Source: an uncultured archaeon (GTDB lineage Archaea; Asgardarchaeota; Thorarchaeia; Thorarchaeales; Thorarchaeaceae). Taken from it: DNA of 32,000 nt. A program made the position numbers and the translations under genes. This document shows, piece after piece, positions 26,608 to 32,000 of the stretch. The notes beneath the pieces were generated by a model, which worked only from the letters and a program-made list of their open reading frames with translations, searched no databases and was not told the DNA's origin. Where the stretch lies: the NCBI GenBank assembly GCA_964648855.1, contig CAZYLT010000010.1:74919-106918 (forward strand). The letters are read 5' to 3'. The first letter of the stretch is position 1. Each line of letters opens with the position of its first letter.

Positions 26608-27180
26608 ATGATGGACGCCGTGCCGCTCAAGAAGAATACCGTAGCTCTGACCACGCTTGCAATGATTGCCGCTCTAGGAATTGTTGTAAGGCTCTTTGTG
26701 AGATTCACAGTGATTCCTGAGCTTGTAGAAATAACACCTGGCTTTCTCTTCTCAGAACTTGGCGGGGTGATTGGCGGTATACCAGGTGGGATTTTTGTAG
26801 GCACTATTGTAGGGATCGGCGGTGTTCTCGGTGGAGGCGAATTCAGCATGTTGCCTCTCTTGGGTAATATCTTTCTAGGAATTGGTACTGGATCTGCGAT
26901 TTATATCACGCACGAAAGAGATAGCCTGAAGTACCTATTATTGGCTATCTTGGGCGGTGGCATCATTGGCGGATTCATTCCTGATATGACCGTTTTTCTC
27001 TACCTAAGCGAATCCATTGAAGCTGCAGTGTTGATTGCATTGATTGACACCGCCCAAGGGTCTGTATGGGCTGCTGTCGCTGTTATGGTAGAACGCACTC
27101 TTATCAGACCTCTAATTGGGGATTATATCTATAAAGAGGAAAAAATCTTGACGCTTGAAGACAGGGAGGTTGCCAACTAG
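26608..27180 (+). CDS. ECF-type S-component-like membrane protein
   Basis: LAMIAALGIVVRL, EITPGF, GVIGG..GGIFVG; six TM segments. Start moved to ATG 26608. Confidence 0.6.
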   Translation: MMDAVPLKKNTVALTTLAMIAALGIVVRLFVRFTVIPELVEITPGFLFSELGGVIGGIPGGIFVGTIVGIGGVLGGGEFSMLPLLGNIFLGIGTGSAIYITHERDSLKYLLLAILGGGIIGGFIPDMTVFLYLSESIEAAVLIALIDTAQGSVWAAVAVMVERTLIRPLIGDYIYKEEKILTLEDREVAN

Positions 27181-27831
27181 ATGGAAGAAAAAACTGTGAG
27201 CATTAACATTCGGAAGGATCTCTTTGGAGCCAATGAAGACGCAGCTGCGCTCAATGCAGCCAAATTCAAGGAACACGGAATCAAGGCATTTGACATCATG
27301 GGGTCAGTTGGAACCGGGAAAACCCAAATCATTGAGGCCCTCTGTGACCTTGTTGCGGACGAATACAGGATTCTGATGCTTGCAGGAGACCTAGCGACTC
27401 GTATCGATGCAAATAGGGTGTCCTCTCATGGAGTTGATACGGTTCAAATCAACACCAGTACTGCCTGCCATTTGGATGCCCGAATGGTTAAGGTAGCATT
27501 GAATGAAGTCGACCTCTCGGATTATGATGTGATATTCATCGAGAATGTTGGCAATTTAATATGTCCAGCTGGTTACTCTCTAGGCGCGAAGAAGAAGGTG
27601 GTCGTGGTCAGCGTGACTGAGGGGCCCTATATGATTAGAAAACACCCTCTAACAATAAAGCGTGCCGACTTGATTGTCGTAAACAAAATAGACTTGGCTG
27701 AAGCCTTGGAATTCGATGTGGATGCTCTAGTAAACGATGTCAGAGAAGTGGATGCCAACATACCAGTTTTGAAAGTCAGTGCCAAGACAGGAGAAGGAAT
27801 TAAGGAATTAGCAGAAGAACTCGAAATCTAA
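27181..27831 (+). CDS. hypB: Hydrogenase nickel-incorporation GTPase HypB
   Basis: MGSVGTGKT, GDLATRIDA, QINTSTACHLDA, ENVGNLICPA, SVTEG, NKIDL and SAKTGEG. Confidence 0.95.
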   Translation: MEEKTVSINIRKDLFGANEDAAALNAAKFKEHGIKAFDIMGSVGTGKTQIIEALCDLVADEYRILMLAGDLATRIDANRVSSHGVDTVQINTSTACHLDARMVKVALNEVDLSDYDVIFIENVGNLICPAGYSLGAKKKVVVVSVTEGPYMIRKHPLTIKRADLIVVNKIDLAEALEFDVDALVNDVREVDANIPVLKVSAKTGEGIKELAEELEI

Positions 27832-28517
27832 CTTGCGGATTTTGTTTTCAGAACCCTCTGTAACGCCTTCCTCACACCGTCAATATGGCCTGCACCCAAA
27901 ACCACAACCACTTTCCCATCGACGTCCTCTAGAATGGTAAGTATTGCATTTGCAATGTATTCATCACGATCCTCAATGAGAACCTTGGCGATGTTCGGGA
28001 ACTCACCCCTGAATTCATCCATGAGTTTGTCAATGGCTCCCTCTTCCTTCAACATGGACATAATATCAACTGCCCCGCCATTTTCAATATCCTCAGTGGC
28101 CTCCGGGATGAGATTGGTCATCTTGTATATTTCATCTAATGGGACCTTCAATAATGCATTGGCTGTTGCCTGCAGGGGTCTGTCTATCAAGGCGATCTTC
28201 GCCCCCGTTTTCCTTCCTGCTTCGATGGCTGCAAGCATCTCCTCTCCGGCACTTGTTCCGCTCAGTGACCCAAGACCGTCTTCAAGTAGAGCGATTTGAT
28301 TCAAGAGCTGAGAGATCATATCTCCCGAATCAGGTATCATATCCTCTTCCGAAACACCGGGATTTGTCAGCTGAGCATACCTAGCACGGTCGAGTTCGAC
28401 TGCCACAACATCCGGTTCAGTTTCTAACACAACTCTTCTGGCCTCTTCAAGGCTCTCAGTATCCGTATGAATTACTGAAACGAAAATTACCCTTTCAATA
28501 GATGTTTTCACAGCCAT
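27828..28517 (-). CDS. TraB/PrgY (TIKI-like) domain protein, soluble form
   Basis: VSVIH, PDVVAVELDRAR, GEEMLAAI, IALIDR, LIEDRDEYIA and VVVLGAGHIDG. Start at ATG 28517. Confidence 0.88.
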   Translation of the reverse strand: MAVKTSIERVIFVSVIHTDTESLEEARRVVLETEPDVVAVELDRARYAQLTNPGVSEEDMIPDSGDMISQLLNQIALLEDGLGSLSGTSAGEEMLAAIEAGRKTGAKIALIDRPLQATANALLKVPLDEIYKMTNLIPEATEDIENGGAVDIMSMLKEEGAIDKLMDEFRGEFPNIAKVLIEDRDEYIANAILTILEDVDGKVVVVLGAGHIDGVRKALQRVLKTKSAS

Positions 28518-28715
28518 CCCTTTTGTATAGAATTGCCTTCCGTCTTTTCTTCTTTTCCCATTAGCAAAAGAAATCACACAATATTCATGTGTTGTAAACG
28601 CTAATTTCTGGCTCTCAAGGATTATCTGAAACAATTTGAGATTTAAGTCGATAAGAAGGTTTTTGACTTAGTAAACGTTTACAGAGGACCAGTACCAAAA
28701 AGGTAGCGAGGACAG

Positions 28716-29072
28716 ATGAAAGAAGACCTTGAGGATGCAATGGCCAAGTTGATGAATCCCAGGATGCGTGTTGGACTGAAGGTCATTCATGCTCTTCTGG
28801 AACCTCTCCAAGGTCCCCCGGTAGCTCCCGGTGACGTAAGAGAAGTAATCGATGACGTAGTCGAGAGAAGAAAGGTATCCAAACAGTCGATTACGAATGC
28901 GGCACGGCGACTTGAGGAGGCTAATATCATTGCACGAGAAGAAGGATATCAAATCAATTATGGTGTAATGATTTCGATCTTACTCAATAAAATGCTCGAA
29001 TTGACCAATGATGTGCGGGAACTGGAAGAGGAGATTGACAAGATAAAATCAGGAGAGACCACCATTGGTTAG
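28716..29072 (+). CDS. Hypothetical winged-helix protein with C-terminal coiled coil
   Basis: VSKQSITNAARRLEEANII.REEGYQIN (HTH plus wing), then heptads MLELTNDVRELEEEIDKIK. Confidence 0.7.
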   Translation: MKEDLEDAMAKLMNPRMRVGLKVIHALLEPLQGPPVAPGDVREVIDDVVERRKVSKQSITNAARRLEEANIIAREEGYQINYGVMISILLNKMLELTNDVRELEEEIDKIKSGETTIG

Positions 29073-30250
29073 GGCGATGCTATTGTTGCGGTCACAGCGT
29101 CCAAATCATTAAAGAAGGCATTTATTGCCCCCTCTGTCACATGGGGCATCACAACGAGTCTCATGGTGGGCGGGACTGGTGATGTGGCCATTCTCCAGCC
29201 TCTCTTTTCCATTTCTTCCACAGTTTCATCGAGGCTACCTTCTTTGCTTATTATTCCTAAGATATTCATCACGGGTTCTATCGCTGCTTCTATCATGGGG
29301 TTTTGTCTAACCCGATTATACGCATGTTCAGTTTGTTTCATGCATTCTTTGACCAATTCTCTATAGCCTTGTCTTCCGAGATGTCGCATAATCGCCCATG
29401 TTGCAAGAATCGAGGAAGCTGGGCGTGTGCCCAAGAGAGACGCCTGCTTTGCACTTGCTCCTCGAAGATAGGGGACGTTTCTTGTTATCATGTCCAACAT
29501 CTTTGTACTTCGGAATAGTAAGCTACCAGCAGGTATTGGAGCCATCCCCATCTTGTGTGGATCAGTACTTACCGAAGTGACGCCCTCTACTTCGAAATCA
29601 AAACTGTAGCTACGATAACCAACGTCTTTCAGAAAGGGTATGACAAAACCGCCAAATGCCGCATCAACATGAAGTGGAATATCTCTCTCCTTTGTAATGG
29701 CTCCTAGCTCCGCGACTGGATCCACTTGGCCTAAATATGTAGTACCTGCTGTGCAGAATACTGCAATCGTATTCTTGCTTATTTTTTCTTCAATCCGGGA
29801 TGGAATCGCTTTGAATTTGTCATCTACCTCTGTCTTAATCAGGCGAACTCCCATCAACCATGCTGCTTTGTCTATGGAAGAGTGAACGGTCTTCGGTGCT
29901 ATAACTTCAGGATTCTTGACCTCTTTTGATGCATTTTCTCTTGCGGCTAACATAGCCAGTATATTGGATTCGGTGCCGCCTGATGTGGTTGTACCCACTG
30001 GAGAATCGAGATGCAACAAATCTCCAAGCATTTGGATTACTTGTTGTTCTACTTTTGCAGACCCCTTGAAAGTGTGAAGTCTACCCGCGTTCTTCTCTAA
30101 TGTTTTTGAGAAGACGTCAACACCTAATTGGTGTGGAATTGTTGACATCGACGCAATAGGATGGCCTGATGAGTACGTGGCATCACTAGCCAGAAGCTCT
30201 TCCAGAGTTCGCAGTACCTCTTCTGTTGCTATTCCTTTCTCTTCGAACAT
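29069..30250 (-). CDS. mfnA: Group II PLP decarboxylase MfnA (L-tyrosine/L-aspartate decarboxylase)
   Basis: ASMSTIPH, TSGGTESN, HSSIDKA, AGTTYLGQVDP, HVDAAFGGF, DPHKMG (PLP Lys), GTRP and RLVVMPHV. Confidence 0.9.
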   Translation of the reverse strand: MFEEKGIATEEVLRTLEELLASDATYSSGHPIASMSTIPHQLGVDVFSKTLEKNAGRLHTFKGSAKVEQQVIQMLGDLLHLDSPVGTTTSGGTESNILAMLAARENASKEVKNPEVIAPKTVHSSIDKAAWLMGVRLIKTEVDDKFKAIPSRIEEKISKNTIAVFCTAGTTYLGQVDPVAELGAITKERDIPLHVDAAFGGFVIPFLKDVGYRSYSFDFEVEGVTSVSTDPHKMGMAPIPAGSLLFRSTKMLDMITRNVPYLRGASAKQASLLGTRPASSILATWAIMRHLGRQGYRELVKECMKQTEHAYNRVRQNPMIEAAIEPVMNILGIISKEGSLDETVEEMEKRGWRMATSPVPPTMRLVVMPHVTEGAINAFFNDLDAVTATIASP

Positions 30251-30329
30251 TTTCTCTGCCCCGACTGAGGTCTGAGTAGAAGAACCCCAATATGTAAGGT
30301 ATAATGGTTTTGGAACGTTTCAATTCGGA

Positions 30330-30845
30330 CTATTTTGGTGATTCAGTCCAGTAATAGACAAAATCGCAGAATTCGTCGCCTTCCATCAGCGTCTTTGTCC
30401 GCTTCAATGCTACTTTGGGATGGATTGCGGGTGCTGCTGCGAAATCGTGCTTACAATATAGGAGATAACCTATGTCTGCAGCGTCAATATCCCGAAACAC
30501 TTTAGCATGGATACATGCATCAACCATACATGTCGATGATGTTGCAGTCTCCTCTGTAATGGAAACATCTTCCAGATTGTTCTCGTTTATGTCTCGTATC
30601 CATTCCCTCACTAGAATTCTCACATCCTCAAAGGCCTCGATCGGTTCTTCTCGCTTCCTTATGAGCTCTCGAACACTCTCAACTGACTCATTCTCAGCCC
30701 AGTCTGAGAAAACCTCGTGTGCTTTCTCTTTACCTAGCTCGTCCTCTAACCATCTTACGAATGAAACAAGTTTTGTCGCAATCGCTTTGTGGTGTTGTTC
30801 AACTGTGATGTCCATCTTTTTCTTGAATTTGGGCGACTCGGTCAT
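30330..30845 (-). CDS. L-2-amino-thiazoline-4-carboxylic acid hydrolase-like family protein
   Basis: ELGKEKA, CIHAKVF...ADIGYLLYCKHDF and LKRTKTLMEGDEFCDF. Start either 30845 or 30866. Confidence 0.82.
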   Translation of the reverse strand: MTESPKFKKKMDITVEQHHKAIATKLVSFVRWLEDELGKEKAHEVFSDWAENESVESVRELIRKREEPIEAFEDVRILVREWIRDINENNLEDVSITEETATSSTCMVDACIHAKVFRDIDAADIGYLLYCKHDFAAAPAIHPKVALKRTKTLMEGDEFCDFVYYWTESPK

Positions 30846-31023
30846 ATCAATTTCAATCCTGAACATGATGTTATTCTACTTGCATGCCAGCACACCTAAA
30901 GTATATTCTGCAAGGGCTATGGCGTAAGTGGATTGAGAACCTTCATCGTACTACGATAGTCAAAACTTGGTAGTATTCATAGACTTATTATGTTCTCACA
31001 CTTATTGGTTCCATGCGATATCA

Positions 31024-32000
31024 ATGAACGAGCATCAAGCAGAAATACCTAGTTTCCTTCAGATAATTCTCTCGGGTTTTTTAGTCCTTCTCACTGTTTC
31101 TGCAGCCGCGCTCCTTCATACCAATGAACCGGAATTCATCTTAGCACGATTCCCGGAAATTTCCGAGTTTCAGTATTCTCTCTTTGATGCAGTGCTCTAT
31201 TTGTCCTATCTGATTTTTGGCATTGCCGCAGGTATTGCTTCCGACAGATTCGCAAGGAGGAAGCTCTTCATAACAGCAGGTGGCTTGGGAGCCTCACTGT
31301 TTTATTGGTCCATGACTATTACTCTGGATTATCAAATACTCTTGTTGATGCGGTTTGTTCAGGGGGCATTCACAGTATTAGCTTGGCAGACTCTGATGAC
31401 GCTAGTCCTCGATAATTCTCGCTCATCAAATCGAGGAAAAAACATGGGTATTTTCGGTGTGTTTCTGGCGACAGCAATGGGACTGGGCCCTGTTCTAGGT
31501 GGGGTATTGGCTGAACAGAGCGTCTTTCAACCATACTACGTCGCCTCGATTCTCAGCCTTCTTGTTGGAGTTCTCTCTATTATTGGTGTCAAAGAACCAG
31601 TCCATTTAACATCTCAGCCATCCTTGCGTGAGAGTATCTCTCTAGCTAAACGCAATCCGGAGCTCACAATCCCCGCCACAATCAATTTTGTTGACAGATT
31701 ACATATGGGGTTCATATTGACCGCTCTGCCTTTGATGCTTGTTCAGGTGTTGGCTGTTTCAGAATCTCTGAGAGGAATGGTCTTGGGATTATTTGCCATG
31801 CCCTTCATTTTGTTACAATATCCTGTGGGTAGGCTTTCAGATAGAATAGGGAGATACAAACCAGTAGTTGTTGGTAGCCTAGCCTACGCTCTAATTCTCA
31901 CAATCATAGGAATAGCTGCTCAACAAGGATTGGCTCTGCTCGTTCTTGCTCTCATGCTACTGGGCGCTTTCTCTGGACTGACTGCTCCACCCACTCTTGC
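31024..32000 (+). CDS. MFS transporter, 3'-truncated by the window edge
   Basis: Not in the ORF track. Manual translation from ATG 31024 gives GIASDRFARRK (motif A), MRFVQG, RGKNMG..G and the second-repeat GRLSDRIGR. Confidence 0.9.
   Translation, partial: MNEHQAEIPSFLQIILSGFLVLLTVSAAALLHTNEPEFILARFPEISEFQYSLFDAVLYLSYLIFGIAAGIASDRFARRKLFITAGGLGASLFYWSMTITLDYQILLLMRFVQGAFTVLAWQTLMTLVLDNSRSSNRGKNMGIFGVFLATAMGLGPVLGGVLAEQSVFQPYYVASILSLLVGVLSIIGVKEPVHLTSQPSLRESISLAKRNPELTIPATINFVDRLHMGFILTALPLMLVQVLAVSESLRGMVLGLFAMPFILLQYPVGRLSDRIGRYKPVVVGSLAYALILTIIGIAAQQGLALLVLALMLLGAFSGLTAPPTL

Noticed and set aside
27828-28517. TraB as evidence of a conjugative element
   Set aside because: TraB/PrgY-domain proteins are common chromosomal archaeal genes, and no relaxase, T4SS or integrase is present.
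1074-30927. Numerous 60-230 aa antisense or alternate-frame ORFs (e.g. 1074-1757, 8522-9124, 10389-10742, 13173-13565, 30472-30927)
   Set aside because: They lie essentially within well-supported genes and have the Ser/Ile- or Lys/Arg/Pro-rich composition typical of antisense shadows.
1-32000. tRNA, rRNA, CRISPR array, transposase or provirus
   Set aside because: I saw no cloverleaf with a T-loop consensus, no regularly spaced repeats and no transposase or integrase motifs. Intergenic gaps are short. A tRNAscan/Infernal run would be needed to exclude small RNAs.

Overview
This is a gene-dense chromosomal segment of an archaeon, very likely an Asgard archaeon. Thorarchaeia is my best guess, inferred from gene content only. 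Archaeal housekeeping genes are AspRS, ArgRS, TFB, DGGGP synthase, MfnA, Trm11-like methylase, endonuclease IV, TldD/PmbA and HypB. The centrepiece (7160-12295) is a five-gene eukaryote-like ESCRT locus with no ubiquitin, E1/E2 or UEV genes in it. It contains: (i) an ESCRT-II Vps22/36-like (EAP30) subunit whose N-terminus looks like the Vps28 (ESCRT-I) headpiece; (ii) Vps25; (iii) MIT-Vps4; (iv) a Vps2/24/46-class ESCRT-III; and (v) a 519-aa protein with six CxxC pairs, a coiled coil, a PH/GRAM/GLUE-like domain and a C-terminal Vps23/37-type steadiness box. Together these suggest a hard-wired, ubiquitin-independent ESCRT-I/II module. Other trafficking-type genes nearby are a longin-like protein and a Zn-ribbon-Yip1 protein. 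Smaller observations include a frameshifted wHTH regulator, a structured leader upstream of tfb, a methanogenesis-marker-9-like Cys domain, three paralogous small membrane proteins, an orphan DNA methyltransferase and a regulator/S-component/hypB operon. I saw no rRNA, tRNA, CRISPR array or mobile element. All family calls are by-eye motif recognition; no searches were run.
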